A stretch of 64,000 bases of DNA. It comes from Candidatus Omnitrophota bacterium (GTDB lineage: Bacteria; Omnitrophota; Gorgyraeia; Zapsychrales; Zapsychraceae). Positions 39,168 to 49,672 of the stretch are shown piece after piece (the first letter of the stretch is position 1; each line of letters opens with the position of its first letter). The notes under the pieces were generated by a model, which was not told the origin of the DNA, made no database searches, and was given only the letters and a program-made list of their open reading frames with translations. A program made the translations under genes and the position numbers. The stretch covers positions 157-64,156 of the forward strand of contig JAJDCA010000066.1 in NCBI GenBank assembly GCA_029261055.1. Direction: 5' to 3'.

Positions 39168-40406
39168 ATGTTTAATCGTCCAATAAAATCAATTGTTATT
39201 TTTCTTACCCTATTCAACATTCTCTGCATGTGGAACTTAAAATCAGGCTATGCGGAGAAAAGCAAAGAAGGCATCATCAAAGAATTTTATCCTGATGGAT
39301 CCTTAGAGACTCAACGACACTATAAAGCCAATAAACTTAATGGAAAAAGTCAAACATTTTACAATAACGGCCAATTAATGAGTGAAGCAACCTACAAAGA
39401 TGATATCCTTAATGATACTTACAAAACTTTTTATGAAAATGGTAAAACATATTTTATTAAAAGATTTAACAAAGGAATTCAAGATGGTGAAGCTAAAGAA
39501 TATTATGAAAATGGCCAATTAAAAAGTGAAGAAACTTACGTCAACGACAAACTACAAGGTTTAAGTAAATATTATTTTGATGATGGTCAACTTAAATATT
39601 TTATGAATTTTAAAAAGGGCCAGTTAGAAGGAATCAGTAAAGAATACTACCAGAATGGAAAAATAAAAAGCACTGTTACCTATAAAGATGGGAAGTGGCA
39701 TGGATTAGTAAAAGAACACGAGGAAACCGGACATTTAATAGCTGAATGGGAATATCTCAATGGGAAAAGAAACGGTATTTCCAAAATCTTTTATCCTGAT
39801 GGTAAATTAAAATGGAAAGCAAATTTCAAAAATGATGAAATGAATGGCCCCAGTCTTGCCTTTGCCAAAAACGGCCAACAAATCATGGAAACAAATTTTA
39901 ACCAAAATAAATTGCATGGGCTCGTTACAGAAAACTATTCAGATGGAACATTAAAACGTGTTTCTCATTATAAAAATGACTTAAAAAATGGCCTTACAAA
40001 AGAATACTTTGAAAATGGCACATTAAGCCTCGAACGACATTATAAAGAGGCTAGAGAAGTAGGCGTTTCAAAAGAATATTATGAGGATGGAAGCCTCTGG
40101 ATTACAAGAACCTACTTAAATGAAAATAACGATGGAACATTGCGAGAATATTACGAAACAGGTGAATTAAAACAACAATGGATCATAAAAAACGGCCTCA
40201 TTCATGATATCAGTAAGTCCTACTACAAAATTGGCAAATTAATGACCGAAGAATACTATTTTGAAGGAAAGAAAAATGGTATCAGCCGTCTATACCGCCA
40301 AAATGGATCAATCGTCTATGAAGATACATACATGGATGGCGCCAGAATAAACCGAAAAATGTTTGATGAAAACGGAAAAATAATACAACCCGCCGATAAA
40401 AACTAA
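39168..40406 (+). CDS. secreted/membrane MORN-variant repeat protein (YwqK-like)
   Basis: N-terminal hydrophobic segment followed by many ~24-aa Y..NG.L....Y..G...G repeats; start uncertain (39129/39153/39168). Confidence 0.85.
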   Translation: MFNRPIKSIVIFLTLFNILCMWNLKSGYAEKSKEGIIKEFYPDGSLETQRHYKANKLNGKSQTFYNNGQLMSEATYKDDILNDTYKTFYENGKTYFIKRFNKGIQDGEAKEYYENGQLKSEETYVNDKLQGLSKYYFDDGQLKYFMNFKKGQLEGISKEYYQNGKIKSTVTYKDGKWHGLVKEHEETGHLIAEWEYLNGKRNGISKIFYPDGKLKWKANFKNDEMNGPSLAFAKNGQQIMETNFNQNKLHGLVTENYSDGTLKRVSHYKNDLKNGLTKEYFENGTLSLERHYKEAREVGVSKEYYEDGSLWITRTYLNENNDGTLREYYETGELKQQWIIKNGLIHDISKSYYKIGKLMTEEYYFEGKKNGISRLYRQNGSIVYEDTYMDGARINRKMFDENGKIIQPADKN

Positions 40407-41878
40407 TGAAAAAAAAACAAAAACAAAATTTTGCTTTATCTATCGAAAAAGAATCAATTTTAAGAAAATTCACTATTTTATTTTTGTTAATGTCTTTCCT
40501 TCCAATGAGCCTTCTTTATTACCTATATTTTCAAATTAAAGAATATGGCTCCGTTCAAATCAGCGAAGAAAACTTTAACCTCACTTTATCTATCATTATC
40601 ATTGGAATTATTGTCGGTTATTTTGCCATGCGTTCTGTAATAAAAAAAGTCATGGAATTAGCTCATGCTAATCGAAAAGCTCTGGAAAAAATACTAAGCC
40701 CGGATAAAATTAAAGAACTCAGCAATGAAAAAAATGAAATTGCTGTTTTAGCTAAATCATTTAAAAGTATCACTCAACGGTTGGAAGAAAATGTCCAAAA
40801 TCTCAAGAGTGCCAAACAGACACTTCATGCCGTTATGACGAAAATTGGCCATGGTATTTCCAACATACAAAATATTGACACTTTTTTAGAATTAATTTTA
40901 GAAACCATCACAGACGCATTCTTAGGGGAAGTAGGGGTCTTATTGGTTCGTACTGAAAAAGAGAATGAACTACAAATAAGGACTATTCATGGAATAAAAT
41001 CTAAACGATTGAAGAAAAATAAAATATCTTTTGAATCTGAGTCTGTTTTTGCTGATATTTTAGCATCAAAAAAACCCCGCATCATATCGGACATAGAGCC
41101 AGAAACTCTTGAACTCAAAAAATATGACCCCTTATTTAAACCGCCGTTGCTATGTTCCCCTTTAATTGTCCACGAAAACTGTTGTGGTATTATTGCTGTA
41201 AGCGGAAAAATAAAAAGTAAAAACTTTGGTGAAGATGAACTAAATCAATTTTTTAATTTTGCATCCCAGACAGCCGTTGCTTTAGAAAACTCTCGATTAA
41301 ATAAAAACATTGAAAAAACCTATTTTGAGACTATATCGGCTCTAGCTTTGGCGGTAGATGCAAAAGATAAATATTCTCGAGGACACCTGGAGCGCGTTTC
41401 CAAATATTGCGTTCAAACAGCAGAAAAACTTGGACTCGAAGAAGAAGATATAAACACCTTACGGGATGCCGCTAAACTGCATGATTTAGGAAAAATTGGT
41501 ATTCCAGATGAAGTTTTAGCTAAAAAAGGACCTCTAAACGATCAAGAATGGGCTTTAATGCGTAAACATCCTGAAATTGGAGAAAGCATCATCAAACCTA
41601 TTCGCTCCCTAAACCATTTATGTGACATCATCCGCCATCATCATGAAAAACTTGACGGAAGCGGATATCCTGATGGAATAAAAGGGGATAACATCACGCC
41701 GTTAGTTAGAATTCTTACCGTTGCTGATATCTACGATGCACTAACTACAAATCGATCTTATAGAGAAAGAATGCCTAAAGAAAAAGCCTATCAGCTCCTT
41801 CGTAACATGCAAGATCAAATTGATCAAGACATCGTAGAAACCTTTATTGAAACATTAGAAGAAGAGACCCTTCCATAA
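40406..41878 (+). CDS. membrane HAMP-GAF-HD-GYP cyclic-dinucleotide phosphodiesterase
   Basis: Two TM segments, NEIAVLAKSF HAMP-like region, GAF ending AVALENSRL, HDLGKIG, HHEKLDGSGYP. Confidence 0.9.
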   Translation: MKKKQKQNFALSIEKESILRKFTILFLLMSFLPMSLLYYLYFQIKEYGSVQISEENFNLTLSIIIIGIIVGYFAMRSVIKKVMELAHANRKALEKILSPDKIKELSNEKNEIAVLAKSFKSITQRLEENVQNLKSAKQTLHAVMTKIGHGISNIQNIDTFLELILETITDAFLGEVGVLLVRTEKENELQIRTIHGIKSKRLKKNKISFESESVFADILASKKPRIISDIEPETLELKKYDPLFKPPLLCSPLIVHENCCGIIAVSGKIKSKNFGEDELNQFFNFASQTAVALENSRLNKNIEKTYFETISALALAVDAKDKYSRGHLERVSKYCVQTAEKLGLEEEDINTLRDAAKLHDLGKIGIPDEVLAKKGPLNDQEWALMRKHPEIGESIIKPIRSLNHLCDIIRHHHEKLDGSGYPDGIKGDNITPLVRILTVADIYDALTTNRSYRERMPKEKAYQLLRNMQDQIDQDIVETFIETLEEETLP

Positions 41879-41891
41879 AAAATTATTCCAA

Positions 41892-41978
41892 GGAGAGATG
41901 CCAGAGCGGTTGAATGGGACGGTCTCGAAAATCGTTGCCCTACTGGGGCCCTGGGTTCGAATCCCAGTCTCTCCGCCA
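41892..41978 (+). tRNA. tRNA-Ser(CGA)
   Basis: Acceptor GGAGAGA/TCTCTCC, anticodon arm ACGGT-CTCGAAA-ATCGT, long variable arm, encoded CCA. Confidence 0.95.
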
Positions 41979-42060
41979 AATTTTGCTACGCAAAATTTGG
42001 CGAGATCTCGCCATTTTGCAGAGCAAAATGGCGGATCCGCCAACAAAATCATCCACTATT

Positions 42061-42168
42061 ATGTATTACGTTTATATTCTATTAAATGAAAAAAAGACAC
42101 GGACGTATACAGGAGCTGCAAAAAATGTTGAAAAACGATTGAAAGAAATACTTTCTAGACTTGAATAA
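42061..42168 (+). pseudogene. truncated GIY-YIG nuclease
   Basis: MYYVYILLNEKKTRTYTG...NVEKRLKE matches the GIY-YIG N-terminus but stops at 35 aa. Confidence 0.7.
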
Positions 42169-42201
42169 TAGGGGCATTTACCCCAAAATCCAGATTTTTT
42201 A

Positions 42202-42229
42202 TTGACTTTTCTAAAAAAAGCACTATAAT
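42202..42229 (+). promoter_or_regulatory. sigma70 promoter of guaB-guaA
   Basis: TTGACT-16 bp-TATAAT. Confidence 0.65.
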
Positions 42230-42282
42230 ATAGCTTTAATTTACCCGCAAAATACCCACAATTCAATTGGAGGAAAATATAC

Positions 42283-43443
42283 ATGGCAGAATGGATTGGA
42301 ATTGGCCGCAGGGCTAGACGATGTTATGGATTTGATGAAGTAGCTCTTGTCCCAGGAGCTCTAACAGTTAACCCTAACGATGTGGACCCCAGCTGGACCC
42401 TTGGAGGAAAGAAATTTAAAGTTCCTATCCTCGCAGCCGCTATGGATGGCGTGGTAGACGTCAATTTTGCCATTGCGATGGGCAAATTAGGTGGTATTGC
42501 CGTGCTTAATTTAGACGGTATTCAAACGCGGTATGATAACCCCGATGAAGTTCTTGAAAAAATTGCTAATGCCTCACCTGACGAAGCCACAAAATTGGTA
42601 CAAACCGTTTATTTAAAACCAATTAAAGAAGATCTTATTGCTAAACGTGTTGAACAAATCAAAGCCAAAAAAGTTCCTGCCGTTGTAAGCTGCATTCCTC
42701 AAAATGCTAAAAAATTCTCCAAGATTGCACAAGAGGCAGGATGTGATATTTTTGTTGTCCAATCAACCGTAGCTTCAGTAAAGCACCTTTCAACAGAATA
42801 CAAAGCCTTGGACTTAGAAAAACTTTGTAATGAGCTTAAAATCCCTGTTATTATCGGAAACTGCGTTACATACGAAATTGCCCTGGAACTTATGGAAATA
42901 GGCTCTTCAGGTTTATTGGTAGGTATCGGACCCGGTGCGGCGTGTACAACACGAGGTGTTTTAGGCATCGGTGTCCCACAAATTACAACCACCGTTGATA
43001 CAGCGGCTGCACGTGATCATTTTTATAAACGCAAAGGAAAATACATACCTATCATTACAGATGGTGGGATGCGTATCGGTGGCGAAATATGCAAAGCCTT
43101 TGCTGCAGGGGCTGATGCCGTTATGGTTGGTTCCGCTTTTGCCAAAACCCAAGAGGCCCCTGGAAGGGGATTCCATTGGGGCATGGCTACATCACACGCC
43201 AACCTACCACGCGGAACACGTGTGCATGTCCGAACGACAGGAACGGTTAAAGATGTCCTCTTTGGCCCGGCAAAAGTAGACGATGGTTCCCAAAACCTTG
43301 TCGGAGCTCTACAAACTTCTATGGGCTCTCTTGGAGCCTCAAACTTAAAAGAAATGCATGATGTGGAAATTATTATGGCGCCATCTATTCAGACAGAAGG
43401 TAAAGTCTTCCAAGTCGGACAACGTGTGGGAATGGGTAAATAA
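42283..43443 (+). CDS. guaB: IMP dehydrogenase, GuaB3 type (no CBS domains)
   Basis: RRCYGFDEVALVP, VGIGPGAACTTRGVLGIGVPQ, LPRGTRV; adjacent to guaA. Confidence 0.9.
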   Translation: MAEWIGIGRRARRCYGFDEVALVPGALTVNPNDVDPSWTLGGKKFKVPILAAAMDGVVDVNFAIAMGKLGGIAVLNLDGIQTRYDNPDEVLEKIANASPDEATKLVQTVYLKPIKEDLIAKRVEQIKAKKVPAVVSCIPQNAKKFSKIAQEAGCDIFVVQSTVASVKHLSTEYKALDLEKLCNELKIPVIIGNCVTYEIALELMEIGSSGLLVGIGPGAACTTRGVLGIGVPQITTTVDTAAARDHFYKRKGKYIPIITDGGMRIGGEICKAFAAGADAVMVGSAFAKTQEAPGRGFHWGMATSHANLPRGTRVHVRTTGTVKDVLFGPAKVDDGSQNLVGALQTSMGSLGASNLKEMHDVEIIMAPSIQTEGKVFQVGQRVGMGK

Positions 43444-43541
43444 AATATATATAATAACCAGTTAAGGAATTAAAAAAAGAATACCCATCTCAAGAGAAAA
43501 AATTTCTTTCATAATTCCTAAATAATAGAAAATTAAAACAA

Positions 43542-45287
43542 ATGCCAAAAACAACTAAAAAAGCCCCTGTAAAGAAAAAAACAGCAACCAAAAAAGTAGT
43601 CACTAAAAAAGCCCCCTTAAAACCAAAAAAGAAAGTCGGTTTAAAAACACGATTCAAGGTTAACCCCAAAAAAAGTATTGGAAAACTCCCTAAACTACGA
43701 AAAATTAAGGGACGCGTCAGTGCTACAGTAAAAATCAAAAAAATACGACACAAAGATGTTATGTTAATCCTTGATTTTGGTTCCCAATATACCCAACTCA
43801 TCGCTCGTCGCATTCGAGAAAATAAAGTTTATAGTAAAATTGTACCTTATACTATTAGCCCCGATGAAATCCGAGAACTAAATCCAAAAGGAATTATTCT
43901 TTCCGGAGGCCCTTTAAGTGTTTATGACAAAAATGCACCGACCCCTTCCAAAGAAATATTTAAAATGGGGATTCCAATTCTCGGCATCTGTTATGGTATG
44001 CAGATTATAACTGAAATTTTTGGTGGTAAAGTTAAATCAAGCAACGAAAGAGAGTTTGGACGCGCTGAACTATTTGTCGACAGCAATAAAGATCTTTTTA
44101 CAAATCTTCCATCTAATTTAACCAGCTGGATGAGCCACAGTGATGAAATTAAAAAAATTCCTACAGGCTTCGTCAAACTCGCGCATACACTTAATGCCCC
44201 TGTTGCTGCTTTTGCTAACCGTGCAAAGAAAATTTATGGTGTACAATTTCACCCGGAAGTTGTTCATACTCAACGTGGTGTTCAAGTCTTAACCAACTTT
44301 GTTTTTCATATTTGTGGATGTCTCCCTCGATGGACAATGGATAAATTCATCAATGCTTCCATTAAACAAATCAAAGAAAAAGTTGGCACCAAAAAAGTTA
44401 TTCTTGGTTTAAGTGGTGGGGTTGACTCTGCTGTAGCTGCTGCCATGATTCATAAGGCTATTGGAAAAAGACTATATTGTGTTTTTATCGACAATGGACT
44501 GTTACGAAAAAATGAACTGACCTCCGTCCAAAAAACATTTAAAACAAATTTAAACATGAATTTAACATGTGTCAGTGCCGAAAAAGGATTTTTAACCCGG
44601 CTAGAAAATATCACCGACCCTGAAGAAAAAAGAAAAATTATCGGGGATGAATTCATAAAAGTTTTCCAAAATAAATCTAAAAGAATTAAGAATGCTTCTT
44701 TTCTGGCCCAAGGCACACTTTATCCAGATGTTATAGAATCCCATTCTCCGACAGGAGGGCCATCGGCTGTCATTAAAAGCCATCACAATGTTGGAGGACT
44801 CCCTAAAAACCTTAAGTTTGAACTTATCGAACCTTTGCGCGAACTTTTCAAAGATGAAGTCCGTGCGATTGGAAAGCGCCTTGACCTCCCGGAAAACATC
44901 CTTAAGCGACAGCCATTTCCTGGACCTGGACTTGCTATTCGTATCATTGGTGCGGTAACCCCAGAACGCCTGGAAATACTTAGAGAAGCCGATGAACGCG
45001 TACTTGATGAAATCAAAAAAGCCGGCCTGTATAATGAGATTTGGCAGTCTTTTGCGGTATTACTTCCTATAAAAACTGTTGGCGTTATGGGAGACCAAAG
45101 AACCTATGAAAATGTTATCGCCATCAGATGTGTAAACAGTCAGGATGGCATGACGGCAGACTGGGTACAATTGCCACACGAAATTCTTGGAAAAATATCT
45201 AACCGCATTATTAATGAAGTCAACGGTGTTAACCGTGTCGTTTACGATATAAGCTCTAAGCCTCCCGCAACGATTGAATGGGAGTAA
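43542..45287 (+). CDS. guaA: GMP synthase (glutamine-hydrolysing) with a basic N-terminal extension
   Basis: [38 protein letters not shown]. Confidence 0.96.
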   Translation: MPKTTKKAPVKKKTATKKVVTKKAPLKPKKKVGLKTRFKVNPKKSIGKLPKLRKIKGRVSATVKIKKIRHKDVMLILDFGSQYTQLIARRIRENKVYSKIVPYTISPDEIRELNPKGIILSGGPLSVYDKNAPTPSKEIFKMGIPILGICYGMQIITEIFGGKVKSSNEREFGRAELFVDSNKDLFTNLPSNLTSWMSHSDEIKKIPTGFVKLAHTLNAPVAAFANRAKKIYGVQFHPEVVHTQRGVQVLTNFVFHICGCLPRWTMDKFINASIKQIKEKVGTKKVILGLSGGVDSAVAAAMIHKAIGKRLYCVFIDNGLLRKNELTSVQKTFKTNLNMNLTCVSAEKGFLTRLENITDPEEKRKIIGDEFIKVFQNKSKRIKNASFLAQGTLYPDVIESHSPTGGPSAVIKSHHNVGGLPKNLKFELIEPLRELFKDEVRAIGKRLDLPENILKRQPFPGPGLAIRIIGAVTPERLEILREADERVLDEIKKAGLYNEIWQSFAVLLPIKTVGVMGDQRTYENVIAIRCVNSQDGMTADWVQLPHEILGKISNRIINEVNGVNRVVYDISSKPPATIEWE

Positions 45288-45296
45288 TTAATAGAA

Positions 45297-45420
45297 ATAA
45301 AGAAGCAGAGAAGCAAGAGACAGAGAAGCAGAGAAAAACCTTTGTTTCTCTGTGCCTTTGCCTCTTACTTCTCGTAATATCTCTACCTCTTGCATCTCTA
45401 CTTCTTGCCTCTTTTTAAAA
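45297..45420. repeat. intergenic hairpin, family B
   Basis: AGAAGCAGAGAAGCAAGAGACAGAGAAGCAGAG ... TTGCCTCTTACTTCTC..CTCTTGCATCTCTACTTCTTGCCTC. Confidence 0.75.
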
Positions 45421-45421
45421 T

Positions 45422-48400
45422 ATGAACCAAGCCGAATTCGTCCATCTCCACGTCCACACACAATACAGCCTCCTTGATGGGGCTTGTCGCATTAAAAAAT
45501 TAATCCAAAAAGCTGTTGATTACAATATGCCGGCCCTTGGCATGACTGACCACGGAAATTTATTTGGCGCTATCGATTTTTATCAAACGGCCGTTAAAAT
45601 GGGTGTCAAACCTATTATCGGCTGTGAAGCCTACATGGCGGTCAATGGCAGTCGTTTAGAAAAAACACCTCGAAATAAAGCAACCGCACACCTTATTTTA
45701 TTTGCACGCAATAAAGACGGTTATCAAAACTTACTAAAATTAGTTTCTGCATCTTATCTAGATGGTTTTTATTATCATCCTCGGATGGATAAAGAAATCC
45801 TTTCCCAACATTCCGAAGGACTGCTTTGTACCTCAGGCTGTATCCGGGGAGAGGTTGCCTGGAACCTCAAGGAAGGAAATTATGATGCCGCATTAAAAGC
45901 GGCTGACGACCTGTCTCAAATTTTTGGCAAAGGCAACTTTTACCTCGAAGTGATGAACCACGGACTTAATGAGGAAAGAATTGTTAACGAAGGTATTCTA
46001 AAAATTTCCAAACAATTAAACCTTCCTATTGTCGCCACTAATGATGTTCATTTCTTAGAACAATGCCAATCCAACGCTCACGATGCCTTGCTGTGTATTC
46101 AAACACAAACAACGCTCAGCGACCCCAAACACATGTCCTTACAATCGGATCAATTTTATTTTAAAGATCCTGACTCAATGAGAAAAGCCTTTGATTGGAT
46201 TCCTGAAGCATTAACCAATACATTAGAAATTGCCGAGAAATGTAATCTGGATTTAAGTTTTAACAAATTTCATTTGCCACGTTTTGATCCCCCCAAAGAC
46301 ACAAAGAATGACCAGTATCTTCATCAACTTTGCACAGAAGGCCTGGCAAAACGTTATCCAGAAATCACAGACGAAATACAACAACGCCTTGACCATGAAT
46401 TAAAAACTATCGAAAAAATGGGCTTTGTCAGTTACTTTCTCATTGTCTGGGATTTTATTCGTTTTGCAAAAAGTGAAAATATTCCTGTTGGACCGGGAAG
46501 AGGATCAGCGGCTGGAAGTATTGTCAGTTATCTTTTGGGAATCACAGACTTGGATCCGTTAAAATATGGCCTCTTGTTTGAACGCTTTCTTAATCCGGAC
46601 CGCTCCGGTATGCCCGATATTGATATTGACTTTTGTTATGAACGACGCCCGGAAGTCATTGAGTATGTGACTCGAAAATATGGAAAACATAATGTCGCCC
46701 AAATCATAACATTCGGAACCATGCAAGCCCGCGCGGCGATTCGTGATGTAGGGCGCGTAATGGATGTGCCTTATTCCGATGTTGACCGTATTGCCAAATT
46801 AATCCCAAATGATTTAGGTATTACCCTTACTGAAGCGCTTGAAAAAGAACCTCAGCTAAAAAAACTATGTGACGAAGACCCCACCACAAAAAAAGTCATT
46901 GAAACAGCCCAAATCCTTGAAGGTCTCAACCGTCACGCCTCAACACACGCCGCTGGTGTCGTTATTTCGGATAAGCCGCTCAATGAGTACACGCCGCTTT
47001 TTAAAACAAGTGACGATCAAATCACCACCGGATATTCAATGAACGGGATTGCCCTCATCGGTCTTTTAAAAATGGACTTTTTAGGCTTGCGTACCCTTAC
47101 AGTCATTAGCCAATCCGTGCAACTTATTAAAGAAAATCACAATATTGATATCGACATAAGTAAAGTCCCACTTGATGACAAAAAAACGTATGAAAATTTA
47201 AGCCAAGCAAATAGTTTCGGCGTGTTCCAGCTGGAAAGTGCTGGTATGCGAGAACTGTTAAAACGGCTTCAACCATCTGAATTTGAAGATTTGATATCCA
47301 TCCTGGCCCTTTACCGACCGGGCCCAATGGGAAGTGGCATGTTAGAAGACTTCATCAAGCGTAAAAGAGGCGAAGTGCCCATTGTATATGACCACCCAAA
47401 ACTTGAACCTATCCTAAAGTCTACCTACGGTATCATTGTTTACCAGGAACAAGTTATGCAAATCCCAGTTGCCCTGGCTGGCTTTTCAATGACAGATGCC
47501 GACCACCTTCGACGGGCGATGAGTAAGAAAATTGCGTCGGTCATGGAGAAGATACGTAAAGATTTTGTATCTGGATGTCAAAAATACAGTGATATTACCG
47601 AAATAGCGGGTAACAAACTCTTTGACCTCATTGACTATTTTTCCGGTTATGGGTTTAACCGCAGCCATTCGGCGGCCTATGCCTTAATTACCTATCAAAC
47701 GGCGTATCTCAAGGCCAATTATCCAGTTGAATTTATGTGCGCCATATTAAACAGTGAAAAAAATAATACCGATAAAATTGTTGAGTATGTCAAAGAATCA
47801 AAAGCGATGGGCATCACCATCGTGCCACCTGATATTAACAATAGCTTTAAAGAATTTCACGTTGTCGATTCAAAAACGATACAATTCGGACTTTTAGCTA
47901 TAAAAAATGTTGGATCAACAGCCATTGATTCTATTGTTGATAAACGAAAATCAGGCCCGTACAAAAACATCTATGAATTATGCGAGAGAATTGACTTACG
48001 TTTAGCCAATAAAAAAGTCATTGAAAGTCTTATCAAATGTGGGGCAGTGGATTGTTTAGGGGTATTCCGCTCTCAAATGATGGCGGTTTCAGACAGAGCC
48101 CTTGAACAGGGATCTAAAACACAAAAAGAAAAAGCCCAGGGCCAAGTCTCATTCTTTAATCTTGGCGCCGAAATGGGTGGTTTTACAAAAAAAATGGATG
48201 ACTTTCCTGATATCAAAGAATGGCATAAACCCCAAATTTTATCATTTGAAAAAGAAATTCTAGGATTTTATATCAGTGGTCACCCTCTAGAACATTATGA
48301 AATTGAAATTAAAAAATTTACAGACTTCTCAACAAAGAGCCTTAGAACAGCCATTGACGGAGAAGGTGTACGCCTGGTCGGACTCATCGAACATGTTAAA

Positions 48401-48856
48401 TTAACCAATACCCGCAAAAAGAACGAACGTATGGCTATTATCAAAATTGGAGATATGGAAGGGGAAGTCGAGGTTGTCATTTTTCCTTCAACCTATGCAA
48501 CTTTAGCCTCGTATCTCACTGAAGGAGAAGTTGTTTTCATAAACGGAACAGTAAACATCCGACAAGATACTCCCACTATCATTGCCAATGATATGCGCCG
48601 TATTCAAGACGTTTATAGTGCCATCAAGGCCATTACACTGGACTTATCCAAAGTTGAAAAACAAAATTTTATGGACCTAAAAAGACGCCTTTTGACTTTC
48701 CCTGGAAAAGTCCCTGTATATCTACAAATGAGTACAAAATCCAACAAAAGCGTCCAAATCCGCGTCGGCGAAGACCTCTGCGTGACGCCGAATGAAAATT
48801 TGATGAATGAAGTAAAGAAATTAGTAGGCCAAGAAGGATTGTCTGTAGCGTTTTAA
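45422..48856 (+). CDS. dnaE: DNA polymerase III alpha subunit
   Basis: FVHLHVHTQYSLLDG PHP domain, GPGRGSAAGS, MPDIDIDF, YGFNRSH. Confidence 0.98.
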   Translation: MNQAEFVHLHVHTQYSLLDGACRIKKLIQKAVDYNMPALGMTDHGNLFGAIDFYQTAVKMGVKPIIGCEAYMAVNGSRLEKTPRNKATAHLILFARNKDGYQNLLKLVSASYLDGFYYHPRMDKEILSQHSEGLLCTSGCIRGEVAWNLKEGNYDAALKAADDLSQIFGKGNFYLEVMNHGLNEERIVNEGILKISKQLNLPIVATNDVHFLEQCQSNAHDALLCIQTQTTLSDPKHMSLQSDQFYFKDPDSMRKAFDWIPEALTNTLEIAEKCNLDLSFNKFHLPRFDPPKDTKNDQYLHQLCTEGLAKRYPEITDEIQQRLDHELKTIEKMGFVSYFLIVWDFIRFAKSENIPVGPGRGSAAGSIVSYLLGITDLDPLKYGLLFERFLNPDRSGMPDIDIDFCYERRPEVIEYVTRKYGKHNVAQIITFGTMQARAAIRDVGRVMDVPYSDVDRIAKLIPNDLGITLTEALEKEPQLKKLCDEDPTTKKVIETAQILEGLNRHASTHAAGVVISDKPLNEYTPLFKTSDDQITTGYSMNGIALIGLLKMDFLGLRTLTVISQSVQLIKENHNIDIDISKVPLDDKKTYENLSQANSFGVFQLESAGMRELLKRLQPSEFEDLISILALYRPGPMGSGMLEDFIKRKRGEVPIVYDHPKLEPILKSTYGIIVYQEQVMQIPVALAGFSMTDADHLRRAMSKKIASVMEKIRKDFVSGCQKYSDITEIAGNKLFDLIDYFSGYGFNRSHSAAYALITYQTAYLKANYPVEFMCAILNSEKNNTDKIVEYVKESKAMGITIVPPDINNSFKEFHVVDSKTIQFGLLAIKNVGSTAIDSIVDKRKSGPYKNIYELCERIDLRLANKKVIESLIKCGAVDCLGVFRSQMMAVSDRALEQGSKTQKEKAQGQVSFFNLGAEMGGFTKKMDDFPDIKEWHKPQILSFEKEILGFYISGHPLEHYEIEIKKFTDFSTKSLRTAIDGEGVRLVGLIEHVKLTNTRKKNERMAIIKIGDMEGEVEVVIFPSTYATLASYLTEGEVVFINGTVNIRQDTPTIIANDMRRIQDVYSAIKAITLDLSKVEKQNFMDLKRRLLTFPGKVPVYLQMSTKSNKSVQIRVGEDLCVTPNENLMNEVKKLVGQEGLSVAF

Positions 48857-48888
48857 ATCGAAGCCCCCATCGAAGGCCCACATAACAT

Positions 48889-48916
48889 TTGTCCTTCCTA
48901 ATTTTAGTGCTATAAT
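48889..48916 (+). promoter_or_regulatory. promoter of the zeta-like pair (likely leaderless)
   Basis: TTGTCC-16 bp-TATAAT with extended -10 TG, 9 nt before the ATG at 48926. Confidence 0.55.
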
Positions 48917-48925
48917 TTCCGTATT

Positions 48926-49510
48926 ATGAAAAGTAAAAACGTTTATATTATTGCTGGATCAAACGGTTCTGGGAAGACAACTTTTGCCAAAACGTTTTTA
49001 CCCGAGTACGCCAAGTGTATTCGATTTATCAATGCGGATTTGATTGCGGCAGGATTATCACCCTTTTTGCCTCAACAAGTCGCCATCAAATCAGGCAAAC
49101 TTGTCTTGGAACAAATCAAGGAATATGCAGAAGCTGGTATCGATTTTTGTTTTGAAACAACCATGTCCGGAACAACTTATCTGAAATATTTTAAAATGTT
49201 GAAAGAAAAAGGCTACAAAATACATATTTTCTTTTTATGGATTCCAAGTGCGCAATTAGCGATGATCCGCATTAAAGACCGTGTCGCTCAGGGAGGGCAT
49301 GATGTTCCTGTGAAAGATATAAAACGTCGCTTTGAACGTAGCCTTAACAAATTCTTCACTGAATACCGTTTATTAACTGATAAATGGATTTTATTTGATA
49401 ACGCCGAAGCCACACCAAAAATTATCGCTAAAAAATCTAATGCTCATATCGATATTATTAATGCCGATAAATTTAAAAAGATTACAAAAAAAATTGGAAT
49501 AACATTATGA
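48926..49510 (+). CDS. zeta-toxin-like P-loop kinase (AAA_33 type)
   Basis: IIAGSNGSGKTT, FINADLIA, FETTMSG, RVAQGGHDVP...I.RR. Confidence 0.85.
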   Translation: MKSKNVYIIAGSNGSGKTTFAKTFLPEYAKCIRFINADLIAAGLSPFLPQQVAIKSGKLVLEQIKEYAEAGIDFCFETTMSGTTYLKYFKMLKEKGYKIHIFFLWIPSAQLAMIRIKDRVAQGGHDVPVKDIKRRFERSLNKFFTEYRLLTDKWILFDNAEATPKIIAKKSNAHIDIINADKFKKITKKIGITL

Positions 49511-49656
49511 AAAAGAAAAAAAGATTGTCGATCCTGGATAAAGCTGAATTGGCGATGAAAAAGGCGATTGCGGGGGTTGTGGAAGAGCATCGAAAATCTG
49601 GTCGCCCACTTGCTATCTGGAGAAATGGGCGGGTTGTTCGCATCAAAGTTAAATAA
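49507..49656 (+). CDS. 49-aa partner protein of the zeta-like gene (putative antitoxin)
   Basis: ATGA overlap; MKKKKRLSILDKAELAMKKAIAGVVEEHRKSGRPLAIWRNGRVVRIKVK; not in the ORF track. Confidence 0.7.
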   Translation: MKKKKRLSILDKAELAMKKAIAGVVEEHRKSGRPLAIWRNGRVVRIKVK

Positions 49657-49672
49657 AATGAAAGGAGTTAAA

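Noticed and set aside
29791-45420. CRISPR array or DGR interpretation of the repeats
   Set aside because: No regularly spaced identical repeats with spacers, no cas genes and no reverse transcriptase.
45422-48856. Intein in dnaE
   Set aside because: Length (1144 aa) and motif spacing are normal.
49568-49672. N-terminal extension of MscS in the ORF track
   Set aside because: It overlaps the 49-aa partner ORF; the strong SD supports a start at 49673.
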